Source: an uncultured Chloroflexia bacterium
Lineage (GTDB): Bacteria; Chloroflexota; Chloroflexia; Thermomicrobiales; Thermomicrobiaceae
Length of the DNA stretch: 64,000 nucleotides
Assembly (NCBI GenBank): GCA_963725815.1
Contig: CAVSAD010000007.1
Span: forward strand, 168,372 to 232,371
Direction of reading: 5' to 3'
Shown here: positions 29,434-41,758 of the stretch, piece after piece
How the letters are laid out: each line of letters starts with the position of its first letter
Position numbering within the stretch: the first letter of the stretch is position 1
Position numbers and translations under genes: made by a program
The notes under the pieces: generated by a model
Seen by the model: only the letters and a program-made list of their open reading frames with translations
What the model was told of the DNA's origin: nothing
Database searches by the model: none

Positions 29434-32046
29434 ATGAATGTAAACCGATTCACCGAGAAAGCACAGCAAGCGTTGCTGGAGGGGCAGCGCGTGACTGAAG
29501 CGCGGCGTCATTCTCAATTCGACGTCGATCAGCTCATGTTCGCCCTCGCCTCCCAGAGCGACGGTGTCGTGCCACAAGTGCTACTTCGTAGCCAGGTCGA
29601 GCCACGGGCCGCGATTGCCGAACTGGAGCGGGTACTTGGCGCGGCACCAACGCTACAGATCAGCTCACAGCCGGTACTGGGGACCGATCTGCGCCGGGTC
29701 CTGGAGCGCGCCGAGGACGAAGCGAAGTCATTCGGCGACGACTACGTCAGCACGGAACATCTGCTGCTGGCGGCGTTTGATGCCGCTCCGAACTCCGCGT
29801 CCGTCAAGGCCCTGTCAAAGCTCGGGTTGAACCGCGACGCGATCCTGACCGCCTTGACAGCCATTCGCGGTTCGCAACGGGTGACGAGCCCGACCCCTGA
29901 GGGTACCTATAGCGCACTCGAAAAGTATGGACGCGATCTCACCGAATTGGCGCGGAAGGGGAAGCTGGATCCGGTCATTGGGCGGGACGAGGAGATCCGG
30001 CGCGTCATCCAGGTCCTTTCACGACGCACCAAGAACAACCCGGTCCTCATCGGCGAGCCTGGAGTCGGTAAGACGGCCATCGTTGAAGGGCTCGCCCAGC
30101 GCATCGTGCGCGGCGACGTGCCCGAGGGTCTCAAAGACAAACTGATCATCCAGCTCGACCTGGGGGCCATGGTCGCTGGTGCCAAGTTCCGTGGCGAGTT
30201 CGAAGAGCGTCTCAAAGCAGCGATGACAGAGATCGAAGAGTCCGAAGGCCAGATCGTCGTCTTTATCGATGAGCTCCACACTGTGGTTGGTGCCGGTGCC
30301 GCCGAAGGGGCGATGGACGCGTCGAACATGCTCAAGCCGATGTTGGCCCGTGGTGAATTGCATGCCATCGGCGCCACAACGCTCGATGAATACCGCAAAC
30401 ACATCGAGAAGGACGCCGCGTTGGAGCGACGCTTCCAGCCGGTGATGGTGAACGAGCCGTCGGTGGAAGACACGATAAGCATTCTGCGCGGACTGCGTGA
30501 GCGCTACGAACTGCACCACAAAGTGCGGATCATCGATTCGGCTCTCGTCGCGGCAGCGGTCCTGTCCGATCGGTACATCACGAATCGCTTTCTGCCCGAT
30601 AAGGCCATCGACCTGATCGACGAGGCGGCGGCGCGGCTGCGTATGGAAATCACCAGCATGCCGGTCGAGCTCGATGAGCTGCATCGACGAAGCATGCAGC
30701 TGGAGATCGAGCGTGAGGCGCTGCGCAAGGAAAAGGACGACGCCTCTCGCCAACGGTTGAAGGAGCTCGAGCGGGAACTGGCAAACGTTCGCGAGCAGGA
30801 GGGGGCGCTGCAGTCGCAGTGGGAGCAGGAGCGCGAAGCCATCAGCCGCGTCAGCGAGCTGAAGTCGCGGATCGAAGAGACGCGAATCGAGATCGAGCAG
30901 GCACAGCGTGCCGCCGACTATGGACGCGCTTCCGAGCTGCAATATGGGCAGCTCGTGCAGCAGGAGCAACAGCTCCGGGAAGAAGAGCGGCGGCTCAACG
31001 AGACTCAATCGACCAGCAAGTTGCTGAAGGAAGAGGTCGACGCGGACGATATCGCCGAAGTGGTCAGCAGATGGACTGGTATTCCGGTCACACGGCTGGT
31101 AGAGGGCGAGATCGAAAAGCTGGTTCACATGGAAGAGCGCTTGCACCAGCGCCTGGTGGGCCAGGACGAGGCGATCGCCGCGGTGAGCAATGCGATTCGC
31201 AGAGCGCGCGCGGGGCTTCAGGATCCCAACCGGCCACTCGGGAGCTTCATCTTTCTGGGGCCGACCGGCGTCGGCAAAACCGAACTCGCGCGAGCGCTGG
31301 CTGAATTCCTGTTCGATGACGAGCGGGCGATGATCCGCATCGATATGTCCGAGTATCAGGAGCGGCATACGGTGGCGCGTCTGATTGGAGCACCACCCGG
31401 CTACGTCGGCTACGAAGAGGGCGGCCAGTTGACTGAATCGGTGCGACGGCGTCCATATTCAGTCGTGCTGTTCGACGAGATCGAGAAGGCTCACCCGGAG
31501 GTTTTCAACGTGCTCCTTCAGGTGTTGGACGACGGTCGACTGACGGACGGTCAGGGCCGTACGGTCGATTTCCGGAACTCCGTTATCATCATGACAAGTA
31601 ACCTGGGATCGACGTATATCCAGGCCGCGGCCGGTAAATCCGAAGGTGAAACTCGACAGCGCGTGTTCGAAGCACTTCAGGCGCACTTCCGGCCGGAGTT
31701 TCTGAACCGCATCGACGAGATCGTCATCTTCCAGGCCTTGACCATCGAGGATCTGGAGCGGATCGTCGATTTCCAGTTGGAGTTTGTGCGGAATCGACTT
31801 GCCCAGCGCAACGTGACGCTTCAGGTCGTGCCGCAAGCCAAGCAGTGGTTGGCTCGGCGCGGCTACGACCCGGTGTTCGGAGCACGTCCGCTCAAACGCG
31901 TTATCCAGCGCGAACTGCTCGATCGCCTGGCGAAAGAGATCCTCAGCGGGGACATCCAGGAGGGTGAAACGGTCACGGTCGATCTGGCGCCCGATGAAAC
32001 ACTTATCTTTCGGGGCGCCATGCGTGGCGCGGAAGTCGTAACGTAA
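29434..32046 (+). CDS. clpB: ATP-dependent chaperone ClpB
   Basis: 870 aa with a Clp N-domain, two AAA modules (GEPGVGKT and GPTGVGKT) and a long coiled-coil middle domain. Confidence 0.97.
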   Translation: MNVNRFTEKAQQALLEGQRVTEARRHSQFDVDQLMFALASQSDGVVPQVLLRSQVEPRAAIAELERVLGAAPTLQISSQPVLGTDLRRVLERAEDEAKSFGDDYVSTEHLLLAAFDAAPNSASVKALSKLGLNRDAILTALTAIRGSQRVTSPTPEGTYSALEKYGRDLTELARKGKLDPVIGRDEEIRRVIQVLSRRTKNNPVLIGEPGVGKTAIVEGLAQRIVRGDVPEGLKDKLIIQLDLGAMVAGAKFRGEFEERLKAAMTEIEESEGQIVVFIDELHTVVGAGAAEGAMDASNMLKPMLARGELHAIGATTLDEYRKHIEKDAALERRFQPVMVNEPSVEDTISILRGLRERYELHHKVRIIDSALVAAAVLSDRYITNRFLPDKAIDLIDEAAARLRMEITSMPVELDELHRRSMQLEIEREALRKEKDDASRQRLKELERELANVREQEGALQSQWEQEREAISRVSELKSRIEETRIEIEQAQRAADYGRASELQYGQLVQQEQQLREEERRLNETQSTSKLLKEEVDADDIAEVVSRWTGIPVTRLVEGEIEKLVHMEERLHQRLVGQDEAIAAVSNAIRRARAGLQDPNRPLGSFIFLGPTGVGKTELARALAEFLFDDERAMIRIDMSEYQERHTVARLIGAPPGYVGYEEGGQLTESVRRRPYSVVLFDEIEKAHPEVFNVLLQVLDDGRLTDGQGRTVDFRNSVIIMTSNLGSTYIQAAAGKSEGETRQRVFEALQAHFRPEFLNRIDEIVIFQALTIEDLERIVDFQLEFVRNRLAQRNVTLQVVPQAKQWLARRGYDPVFGARPLKRVIQRELLDRLAKEILSGDIQEGETVTVDLAPDETLIFRGAMRGAEVVT

Positions 32047-32050
32047 TGAT

Positions 32051-32090
32051 CGAAGGGCCTAGGCGTTACCCCGGGCCCTTCGTCTTTGTT
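32051..32090 (+). terminator. intrinsic terminator after clpB
   Basis: CGAAGGGCC ... GGCCCTTCG 9-bp stem followed by TCTTTGTT. Confidence 0.55.
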
Positions 32091-32181
32091 GGCGACGCGC
32101 GGCTGATATTCTTCACTCGTGACCTATACTTCTCATGGCAAGAGCGGCTGGAGCCGAGATGCTGACGGAAGGTGACGACGA

Positions 32182-32307
32182 ATGAACGTGGTTGAAGACA
32201 TCATTAAGCTGCTGATCGTTCCACTGGTGCTGATTGGGGCACCAATCCTCTTTATCTTGGTGTTTGACATCGCCGTGCATTTGGGTGAGCTGTTCGGCCA
32301 AAAATGA
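32182..32307 (+). CDS. 41-aa hydrophobic small protein, hypothetical
   Basis: MNVVEDIIKLLIVPLVLIGAPILFILVFDIAVHLGELFGQK, with GAAGGTG upstream. Not in the ORF track (under 60 aa). It competes with a 110-aa antisense ORF that looks non-coding. Confidence 0.35.
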   Translation: MNVVEDIIKLLIVPLVLIGAPILFILVFDIAVHLGELFGQK

Positions 32308-32353
32308 TCGGTCCGATCCGACCTTTTTCTGGGTGTCTTGAACTGATGCCACG

Positions 32354-32578
32354 ATGAACGATCTAACCCGGGCCGGCCAGTTGATCATCGTTGCCAGTGT
32401 CGGTTTGATCGGTGCCGGTATCCACATCCTCAACATCGGGCGCATCCCGTTTCTCGATCATCTCCCCGGCGATATCGTCTAGCAGCGAACTCGAGTCACC
32501 TTGGTCGCCCCGCTCGCGACCACGCTCCTGAACTCCCTGCTCGTCACGCTCAGCGTCAACCTGGCATTGCGTCGATAG
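32354..32578 (+). pseudogene. DUF2905-family small membrane protein with an in-frame TAG at codon 43
   Basis: MNDLTRAGQLIIVASVGLIGAGIHILNIGRIPFLDHLPGDIV-TAG-QRTRVTLVAPLATTLLNSLLVTLSVNLALRR. The LPGDI...P(L/I)xT...R architecture is in frame across TAG 32480-32482. Confidence 0.55.
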
Positions 32579-32694
32579 GCGACGTTCGCGGCACGGACTG
32601 CGATGTCGCCCACCGAGCAGCGACTCACGCTGTGGTTTGTCCCGGGCGAATCGCGAGTATCAGAGCGGCTGGCGCGTTGCGTCGCCTCGCCGCC

Positions 32695-33999
32695 TCACGC
32701 GTGCGACGGCGCCGCTTCCGACGTGCTGAACGATTTCGGGAGAAAGGCGACGATCGGAATCGCGAGCAGTGCGAAGGCCGGCACGATCCAGAAGGCGCGC
32801 TCGATGCCGATGGCGTCAGCCAGCGCGCCGAATCCGAACCCAGTGAGGCTCTGAGACACGAACTGGAAGGCCAGCAGCACGCCGGATGACGGCCCGCGCG
32901 CCTCGGGCACCATGTCCTGCATCAACGCGAGCTGGATCGGTCGCGCGGAACGCATCAGGATTCCCGCCGCGAACAGGATCGGGATGACGAGCCAGGAACC
33001 GTTGTTCAGCCACAGGTAGAGATATAACAGCGGCACGCCGCCCAACGTGACTAGCACCATGACAATACGCCGACCGAACCGGTCAGACAGGATTCCTCCG
33101 AGAAATCCGCCGAGGACGCCCGCACCAAACAACGCTGAGAGTGACAGTCCCGAATACCAGCTGCTGTACCCTTTGGTCTCGAGAAGTTTCACCAGAAAGA
33201 TCGAAAAGGGGACAAACCCCAAACCGAACACCGCGACGAACGCGAGCAGCGCGATGATCCAGCGGAGTTTGGCTCTCAGGAGCGGCATCACTGCCACGCG
33301 TTCTTTCGCTCGTTGCGCCGTATCACTCTCGGTCGTATCGATCGCGAAGAAGAGAATGACCGACGCGATCAATCCGAAAATCATCACCACGAACGAGCCT
33401 TCGAGCGTGAACCAGGCGATCGCGGCCGTGATAAAGAGCGGACCAACCGTTCGGGCGAGGTCACCACCCGACAGGAAGAACGCCATCGAGAGGCCGGTTT
33501 TCGATCCACCGCGTTCGCCAGCCAGCGCCACCGCCGGGGTGTGAAATGAGGCAGACGCCAGTCCAGCGGCGAAGAGCAAAAGCAGGACGAGCGCGAAGTG
33601 CGGCGCAAGCCCAATCGACGAGATCGTCACTGCCGCGACGGCTGGAGCGAGGACCACGAACCACTTCTTGCTGGTTCGATCGGCCAGAACACCGATGAAC
33701 GGCTGCAGCACGCTTGGCATCTGCTGCGCGGGAACCATGAGGGATGCGACTGCGAGTGGTATCCCGAGCTTGTCCTGTACTGGCGGAATCAGCACCGCCG
33801 TGAACGAGCCGTACAGGTCGTGCGCGAAATGGGCGAAGCTGATCGGCAGCGTCGACTTTATCGCGGCTAGCTTGTCAACCTTGCCAACCTTGCCGGCTCC
33901 CGCCGCTGGATCGAGAGCTGTGGCGGGTGCGGGATTGGCAACAGACGGTCGTTCGACGTGCACTTCTTCTCGGGTCTCGACTTCGGGGAAATCAGTCAC
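32695..33999 (-). CDS. MFS transporter
   Basis: 434 aa with about 12 hydrophobic helices and an MFS-like loop GVLADRTSKK between TM2 and TM3. Confidence 0.85.
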   Translation of the reverse strand: MTDFPEVETREEVHVERPSVANPAPATALDPAAGAGKVGKVDKLAAIKSTLPISFAHFAHDLYGSFTAVLIPPVQDKLGIPLAVASLMVPAQQMPSVLQPFIGVLADRTSKKWFVVLAPAVAAVTISSIGLAPHFALVLLLLFAAGLASASFHTPAVALAGERGGSKTGLSMAFFLSGGDLARTVGPLFITAAIAWFTLEGSFVVMIFGLIASVILFFAIDTTESDTAQRAKERVAVMPLLRAKLRWIIALLAFVAVFGLGFVPFSIFLVKLLETKGYSSWYSGLSLSALFGAGVLGGFLGGILSDRFGRRIVMVLVTLGGVPLLYLYLWLNNGSWLVIPILFAAGILMRSARPIQLALMQDMVPEARGPSSGVLLAFQFVSQSLTGFGFGALADAIGIERAFWIVPAFALLAIPIVAFLPKSFSTSEAAPSHA

Positions 34000-34347
34000 G
34001 TTTTGAGACTTCTTTCATTCGGATCCGTCGACCGTGGCGTTCGCCAACTCCATCGAAATTGGGCGATCCGGTAGGGATGCGGTGGTTAACGATCGCCTCC
34101 ACGCAAAGGGAGTTGTCAGACGTCAATCGTCAGGTCACTGGCGATGAGGGCTACGGTAACACACTCCGATTCTGCTCGCTATCCGCCGTCCACCTTGAAC
34201 ACGCCATTTCGCTACGTTGGGCGCGCCGCACGCGGACCCCGCCAACAGGTTGAACTGGAACGAATCTGATTCCAACGGCGTCTTCTCTACAGCAATAGAT
34301 TTCGACACCAACGCGGTTCGTTGCGATCAGGCTGAGAGGAGACGACT

Positions 34348-35295
34348 GTGGTGAGCCCGAAGATGAGGTTTATTGGAGTGGTTCTGGCCATTGTTGGACT
34401 ACTCGTCTTGTCCGCTGCGTGCGGGACCGGATCGAAGAGCACGGAATCGAGCGCTCAGTCCGTCAAAACCCAGCCTGGCGCCGCGTCGTCCGTGGACTCC
34501 AGTCACGTGGCGACGTCCGGCGGTGCTGCCGTCCCCGCGATTGCGACCTCCGGTGCAGCAACGCAGTCGTCCACGACGATGAACTGGGATCGCATGATCG
34601 TCCGCAACGCCGACATCTCATTGCAGGTCGCGAGCGTCGAGTCCATGCTGGCGAAGGTCCGATCCCTCACGGATGGCGCGGGAGGCGTGGTGTTCGCGTC
34701 GTCCACGTCATTCAACGGGAACGATCAGGTTGCCACCATGACGCTGGATATTCCGGCCGACCAGTTCGACCAGGTTGTAAACGCGCTTCGAGCGGCTCCG
34801 GGGGTGAAGAAGGTTGACCATGAGTCGATCACGAGTCAGGACGTGACCAGCGACTACATCGATCTCCAGGCTCAACTGCGGAACCTGCAGGCTACCCAGT
34901 CCAGGCTACTGGCTCTCATGGACAAGGCGACGCAACTTCAGGACATCTTGACGCTCGAACAGGAGTTGTCGAAGGTTGAGGGTCAGATCGAACAGACGAC
35001 TGGCCGCATCAACTACCTGGACAAACGAACGTCTTTCTCGCGCATCACGCTCACTCTGAGCCCATTCGTCATCGTTGCTAGCGACAATGCCAGGTCAGGG
35101 TTTGACCTTGCCCGGTCCGTGCGTGCCGCTTGGGTCGCCTCGCTGCGATTCACCGGCAGCATTCTGACGGGTGTGGTTCAGGCGGGAGTGTTTCTCTGGT
35201 GGTTCTGGCCGCTGGTCGCTATCGGGCTTGGCATCGGATTAGCTCGTCGTCAACGACGAAGGCATACGAACGGAAGCATGGGAATCGTCGCCTGA
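34348..35295 (+). CDS. DUF4349-domain lipoprotein/membrane protein
   Basis: Lipobox LSAAC, then a central coiled-coil block DYIDLQAQLRNLQATQSRLLALMDKATQLQDILTLEQELSKVEGQIE and a C-terminal TM. GAGAGGAG RBS precedes the GTG. Confidence 0.7.
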   Translation: MVSPKMRFIGVVLAIVGLLVLSAACGTGSKSTESSAQSVKTQPGAASSVDSSHVATSGGAAVPAIATSGAATQSSTTMNWDRMIVRNADISLQVASVESMLAKVRSLTDGAGGVVFASSTSFNGNDQVATMTLDIPADQFDQVVNALRAAPGVKKVDHESITSQDVTSDYIDLQAQLRNLQATQSRLLALMDKATQLQDILTLEQELSKVEGQIEQTTGRINYLDKRTSFSRITLTLSPFVIVASDNARSGFDLARSVRAAWVASLRFTGSILTGVVQAGVFLWWFWPLVAIGLGIGLARRQRRRHTNGSMGIVA

Positions 35296-35347
35296 CGAAC
35301 CAGACGGCCGCCTGTCCGTGATCGGACAGGCGGCCGTGTCATGCGGG

Positions 35348-36577
35348 CTAGCTGCCCAGGAAGGAGAGTGCCGCGAGGGCATAGGCGCGCGTGGCGTCCA
35401 TCACCTCGTCGACACCGACCCACTCGTCCGGCTGGTGCGCGAGCGCCGGGTCGCCGGGGCCATAAATGATGGTCGGAACACCTCGCTCGGCGAAGTGGCG
35501 ACCATCGGTGCCCATGCTGAACCCGGTCAGGTTCATGTCGAACCCAAGATGCGCATTGGCCTTCAGCATGCCCTGAACGATCTCGCTGTCGGGCTGGTTC
35601 AAGATAGCTTCACGCCCACCGAATCGCGCGAAATCGACTTCGACCCGCATCCCCGGAATGCCTTTGACCGCTCGTTCGGCGACCTCTCGGATTTCGGAGA
35701 CGACGTCCTCCGGCTTCTCGCCGGGGATGATGCGTCGATCGACGAAAATGGTGCACTGATCGGGAACGACGTTGGTCTTGACGCCCCCTTCGATGATGCT
35801 GATCGTCGCCGACGAATGATGAAAGTAGGGGTGAGTTCGCTTCTCAAGGACGGGCCAGAGCTCGTTTTGCAGTGCGGTGATGACGCGCGCCATACCTTCG
35901 ATCGCGTTGACACCCTCCCAGGGGAGTGCTCCGTGCGCCGCCCGCCCATGGACCGTCACGCGGGTTCCGGCTCCGCCTTTTTCACCGATGCAGATCCGGT
36001 TCATCGTCTGCTCACCGACAATGACGAAGTCGGGCTTGATCGAATCGGACTGGGCGATGAGCTGGGCCCCCAACGCGCCACCGATCTCTTCGTCAGCCAC
36101 TTCGTTGACGATGAGGCGTCCCGCGAACGGCACTCCCGACCGTGCTAGCGCGATCGCACCCATCACCTGTGCCGTGACACTCGCCTTGTCGTCTCCTGCC
36201 CCGCGTCCGAAGACCTTGCCATCTGCCAGATCGGCCGCGAACGGAGGATGCGACCAGGCGGATTCCTGGCCGGTCGGAACGACGTCCAGGTGGGCATTAA
36301 ACAGGAGCGTCGGTCCGTCACCGCGCTTGAGCTCGGCGACCATGTTCGGCTTGGTCTCATCTTCAGTGATGAAGCTGACGTCGAACCCTTCCGCGGCGAG
36401 CTTATCGGCACATACCTGGATGGCCGCGCGCACGTCTCCGGGAGGATTCACCGACGGAATTCGAACGAGTTCGCGCAGAAAACCGATGACCTCAGCCTCA
36501 TTGATCTGGTCGAGTATGCGCTGCGCGGCATCAGCGTCTAATCTGCCGTGTGCCTGACCCACGATTTCCCCTTCCAT
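35348..36577 (-). CDS. M20 family metallopeptidase (ArgE/DapE-like)
   Basis: LRELVRIPSVNPPGD, FNAHLDVVPTG, GRGAGDDKA, NEVADEE. Confidence 0.85.
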   Translation of the reverse strand: MEGEIVGQAHGRLDADAAQRILDQINEAEVIGFLRELVRIPSVNPPGDVRAAIQVCADKLAAEGFDVSFITEDETKPNMVAELKRGDGPTLLFNAHLDVVPTGQESAWSHPPFAADLADGKVFGRGAGDDKASVTAQVMGAIALARSGVPFAGRLIVNEVADEEIGGALGAQLIAQSDSIKPDFVIVGEQTMNRICIGEKGGAGTRVTVHGRAAHGALPWEGVNAIEGMARVITALQNELWPVLEKRTHPYFHHSSATISIIEGGVKTNVVPDQCTIFVDRRIIPGEKPEDVVSEIREVAERAVKGIPGMRVEVDFARFGGREAILNQPDSEIVQGMLKANAHLGFDMNLTGFSMGTDGRHFAERGVPTIIYGPGDPALAHQPDEWVGVDEVMDATRAYALAALSFLGS

Positions 36578-36721
36578 TCACATCGATACTTCTTGTGCGC
36601 TGGCGCAGTATAGCATGAGCATTCTGTGCGCTTTCCATTGGCACGGCATCGTCGCCAGGCTATGGTATCCTCGCCAACGGCGCGGTTTTCATCGGTTAGC
36701 CGCGACCTGCAGCTTGAGACG

Positions 36722-37573
36722 ATGAGGCGACGAGGGAGAACCTTGAAAGCAACGCTCGCGACGTTAGCTGAACTGAGTGCCGTTCTCGAACGCGTGTGTG
36801 CATTCGTCATCGACATGGACGGGGTCCTCTATCGCGGAGACACCGTCCTACCACACGTGAACGACTTTCTCGGCGTTCTGAACACCCACAACGTGCCGTA
36901 CGTGCTGGCCACGAACAACTCAACCCGCCTGCCCGAGCAGTATGTTGAGAAGTTGGCTTCAATGGGCCTGGTGGTCACGGCGGATCGCATACAGACCTCA
37001 GGGCAAGCCACCGCGGCCTGGGTGAAGGAGCGTTATCCGCGCGGGACCACGGTCTACGTTCTTGGCATGAACGCATTGGAAACCGCGGTCTACGGCGACG
37101 GATATTTCGTCCGTGCTGGAAAGGATGCACAGGTCGTCGTCAGTGGTGCCGATTTCGAGATGACCTACGAGAAGCTTCGCACCGCGGCGCTGGCGATTCG
37201 TCGCGGAGCGGCATTCGTCGCCACCAACGGTGATACGACCTTTCCAACCGAAGAGGGGCTCATACCGGGCGCCGGAGCGATCCTGGCCGCGCTGGTCGCC
37301 GCGACGAGCGTCACTCCAGAAATCATCGGCAAACCTTCGACCGGCATGCTGCTTCAGGGAGCAGCCCTGCTCGGATCTGAACCAGCCCACACCGTCATGC
37401 TCGGAGATCGCCTCGACACCGACATCCTGGCGGGGCAGCGCGCCGGTTTCATCACCATGATGGTCCTCACCGGCGTCTCGACGATCGACGAAGTCGCTGC
37501 GTCTGATTTGCAGCCAAACGTTCTGTTACAGGACCTCGCTCCGCTCGTTGAGTATTACCGGTCTGAGTCATGA
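36722..37573 (+). CDS. HAD-IIA family phosphatase (NagD-like)
   Basis: FVIDMDGVLYRG, ATNNSTR, and GDRLDTDILAG. The ORF is open from 36626; ATG 36722 fits the family length. Confidence 0.8.
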   Translation: MRRRGRTLKATLATLAELSAVLERVCAFVIDMDGVLYRGDTVLPHVNDFLGVLNTHNVPYVLATNNSTRLPEQYVEKLASMGLVVTADRIQTSGQATAAWVKERYPRGTTVYVLGMNALETAVYGDGYFVRAGKDAQVVVSGADFEMTYEKLRTAALAIRRGAAFVATNGDTTFPTEEGLIPGAGAILAALVAATSVTPEIIGKPSTGMLLQGAALLGSEPAHTVMLGDRLDTDILAGQRAGFITMMVLTGVSTIDEVAASDLQPNVLLQDLAPLVEYYRSES

Positions 37574-38382
37574 AGCAGGTCGGCCACTACGATATCGAGG
37601 ATCCCAAGAAGATCCAGGGACGAGACGAGGTCGACCTTGGGGACCGCAGCCTCGCCGGGCTGCGGCTGCGTGAAGCGCTCGAGGCTCTCGGCAATTCATA
37701 CGGACGGGTGTTGCTACTCGGTTGCGGCGCGGGACGCTATGTGCGCGCGCTGGGCCGGGCGCGCCAGGATCTGGAGATCCACGGTGGAGATCTGAGCCTC
37801 AACGCGCTTCACGAAGCGCGACTCCGGGACTCGTCGGCGGACTACGTCGCGCTCGACGCGAGCCACCTCCCGTACCTGGATGCCACGTTTTCAGCGATCA
37901 TCTTCTTCGATCTTCTCGAACACGTTCCGGAATATCAGACGCTCTTGAGCGAGGCTTACAGGGCGTTACGGCCGGGCGGGACGCTCCATTTTTTCGTGCC
38001 GTTGGAGGCCGAGCCAGGAACGGTGTACCACGCGTTGCGGCATTCCCAACGGCTTCCGATTCACCGTTGGAAGCGCGACCATGTCGGGCACGTCAATAGT
38101 TTTACGTCGGAGCACGTCATTCGCTCGGTGTGGGATGCCGGCTTTGACGTGGAATCGATCCGATTCGGGTTTCACCCGGCCGGACAGATCCATGACGTCG
38201 TCGATTACTGGCAGCGTGAGCGATCCTCAGGCGCCACGGGACTGCTGCCACAGCCCGCCGTGGACGCCATCACGCGCGGAGTTTTTCTCTTCACCTGGCG
38301 TCTCTCCTACCTGGAGGACCGGCTGTACCGAGGTTCCATCATGGCCTCCGGCTTGCACCTCACGGCTCGCAGACCGAAGTAA
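37570..38382 (+). CDS. class I SAM-dependent methyltransferase
   Basis: Motif I VLLLGCGAGRY and a post-I acidic residue. ATGA overlap with the upstream gene. Confidence 0.8.
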   Translation: MKQVGHYDIEDPKKIQGRDEVDLGDRSLAGLRLREALEALGNSYGRVLLLGCGAGRYVRALGRARQDLEIHGGDLSLNALHEARLRDSSADYVALDASHLPYLDATFSAIIFFDLLEHVPEYQTLLSEAYRALRPGGTLHFFVPLEAEPGTVYHALRHSQRLPIHRWKRDHVGHVNSFTSEHVIRSVWDAGFDVESIRFGFHPAGQIHDVVDYWQRERSSGATGLLPQPAVDAITRGVFLFTWRLSYLEDRLYRGSIMASGLHLTARRPK

Positions 38383-38475
38383 TCTGCTGCCTACTCGTTA
38401 TTCCCACTTGCCCGAACGCACGACAACGCCGATGATCTCCCTACCAATGTAGGTCGCCGCAGGAAGGGAACTCCG

Positions 38476-39456
38476 ATGTCCGCTGACGTGCTTCGATCAA
38501 TTCCCATCATCGATGGACACACAGACTATCTGTTGTCGCTCGCCGACACCGGCCGTAGCTTCTTGGAGGAATCGACGGAAGGACACGTCGATCTTCCGCG
38601 CGCCCGCAAGGGGAATATCGGCGCGATGATCAGCGCCATCTACATCCGAAATGAATATCTCCCGGCGCACGCGCTGATCCAGACCTTGCGCGGGGCGGAT
38701 CTGCTCAAGCGAACAATTGGGGCATCCGGCGGGCAGATCGAGCTTGTGACGTCGCATCGCCAACTGGTCGACTGCCTGAACAACGGCGTCTTTGGCGTCA
38801 TCATGCACTATGAAGGAGCCGAGGCGATCGACCCGGAGTTCGTCGTGCTGCGGCTTTCGTATGAGCTGGGCCTGCGCTCACTTGGCCTTGTCTGGAGCCG
38901 TCCAACGATCTTTGCAGAGGGAGTCGGGCCGCAGAATCGTGGCAAGGGATTGACCGGGCTCGGCCGGGAGCTCATCAGGCACTGCAACGAGATGGGTGTC
39001 CTCATCGACGTGTCACACCTCAATGAGCCGGGGTTCTGGGACGTCATCGAGACGAGCACGAAGCCGATCGTCGCCAGCCATTCTAATGCGCGTGCTGTCT
39101 GCGATCATGAGCGGAACCTGACAGACCGCCAGATCAAAGAACTCGCCAAGAATGGCGGACTGATGGGCATCAACTACGCGGTTGGATTCCTGGTGCAGGG
39201 GGCCCGCAAAGGTTCTGACGTTCCTCTGAGCGTGCTGGTCGACCATATCGATCACATCGTGAATCTCGTCGGAATCGATCACGTGGCGCTCGGATCGGAC
39301 TACGATGGCGCCGGGGTACCGGACTCCTTGAAGGATGCAGCCCATGACTGGGCCATCGTCGAAGAACTGGTGCGGCGCGGCTACGCTGAGGATTCGATCG
39401 CCAAGATCTGCCGTGACAACTGGCTGCGCGTGTTGAAGGCAGTCTGGAAGGATTAG
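38476..39456 (+). CDS. membrane dipeptidase, peptidase M19
   Basis: IIDGHTDY, VASHSNARAV and GSDYDG motifs. Confidence 0.85.
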   Translation: MSADVLRSIPIIDGHTDYLLSLADTGRSFLEESTEGHVDLPRARKGNIGAMISAIYIRNEYLPAHALIQTLRGADLLKRTIGASGGQIELVTSHRQLVDCLNNGVFGVIMHYEGAEAIDPEFVVLRLSYELGLRSLGLVWSRPTIFAEGVGPQNRGKGLTGLGRELIRHCNEMGVLIDVSHLNEPGFWDVIETSTKPIVASHSNARAVCDHERNLTDRQIKELAKNGGLMGINYAVGFLVQGARKGSDVPLSVLVDHIDHIVNLVGIDHVALGSDYDGAGVPDSLKDAAHDWAIVEELVRRGYAEDSIAKICRDNWLRVLKAVWKD

Positions 39457-39532
39457 AGCGGTTCACGTCTGGGCGCTCGAACAAGGAACTTCTCCCGGAC
39501 TGAGAACCGGCGCGGACTCCCCGCGGAATCAA

Positions 39533-39564
39533 GCACGAGGCGGCGGGATATCGCCGCCTCGTGC
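39533..39564. terminator. bidirectional stem-loop between the convergent M19 gene and thrS
   Basis: Perfect 13-bp stem GCACGAGGCGGCG-ggatat-CGCCGCCTCGTGC. Confidence 0.5.
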
Positions 39565-39590
39565 GTCTGTCTGATCTGCGTCGTGCCGCG

Positions 39591-41372
<1,782 letters not shown>

Positions 41373-41488
41373 GTTCTTTCGCTCCGTTCTCGGTTCAGTC
41401 GCAATTAGACGTGCTATTGTCGCCGCCGTCTGATCCGGACGACGGCGCCGGTAGTGCTGGTTGTCATTGCCGCCTCCGTTCGCGTGGC

Positions 41489-41752
41489 AAAACAAAAACC
41501 CACCGCCCGCGGGGACGGCAGGTTTGGCCTGACGTGGTTCCACCCAACTTCCGCCGCGACTTAAAACCCGCGGCGCTCGCTGTGCTCTGTAACGGGAGCT
41601 CCCGGGTGCGGCTACTGACCGAAGTGTTCGCCGGCCCGCTCACGGGGGGTATTCTCCGGGTCTTGTCCGAGCAGGGCTTGCAGCCGATGACCCTGCGTCT
41701 CTGTCGACACAACGCGGATACTCGTCCCGATCAACGCGACGTATGGATTATT
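41489..41752 (-). promoter_or_regulatory. T-box leader RNA with intrinsic terminator, upstream of thrS
   Basis: The minus strand carries TTGGGTGGAACCACG (41533-41547), AGAGA (about 41698-41702), and a candidate Thr specifier ACC (41659-41661) in a predicted internal loop. The terminator is CCTGCCGTCC-ccgc-GGGCGGTGGG + TTTTTGTTTT (41489-41522). Confidence 0.6.
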
Positions 41753-41758
41753 GTTCGA

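Noticed and set aside
30019-31368. 449-aa ORF antisense to clpB. Similar long antisense ORFs occur at 3212-4093, 5557-6435, 46404-47546, 48209-49099 and 54108-54899.
   Set aside because: They lie opposite strongly conserved genes and are rich in Arg, Leu, Asp and His with no recognisable motifs. Long stop-free antisense frames are expected in GC-rich DNA. I treat them as non-coding.
32113-32445. 110-aa minus-strand ORF offered by the track between clpB and the MFS gene
   Set aside because: It has no motifs and an odd composition. The plus strand encodes a recognisable DUF2905 layout and a hydrophobic small ORF over the same bases.
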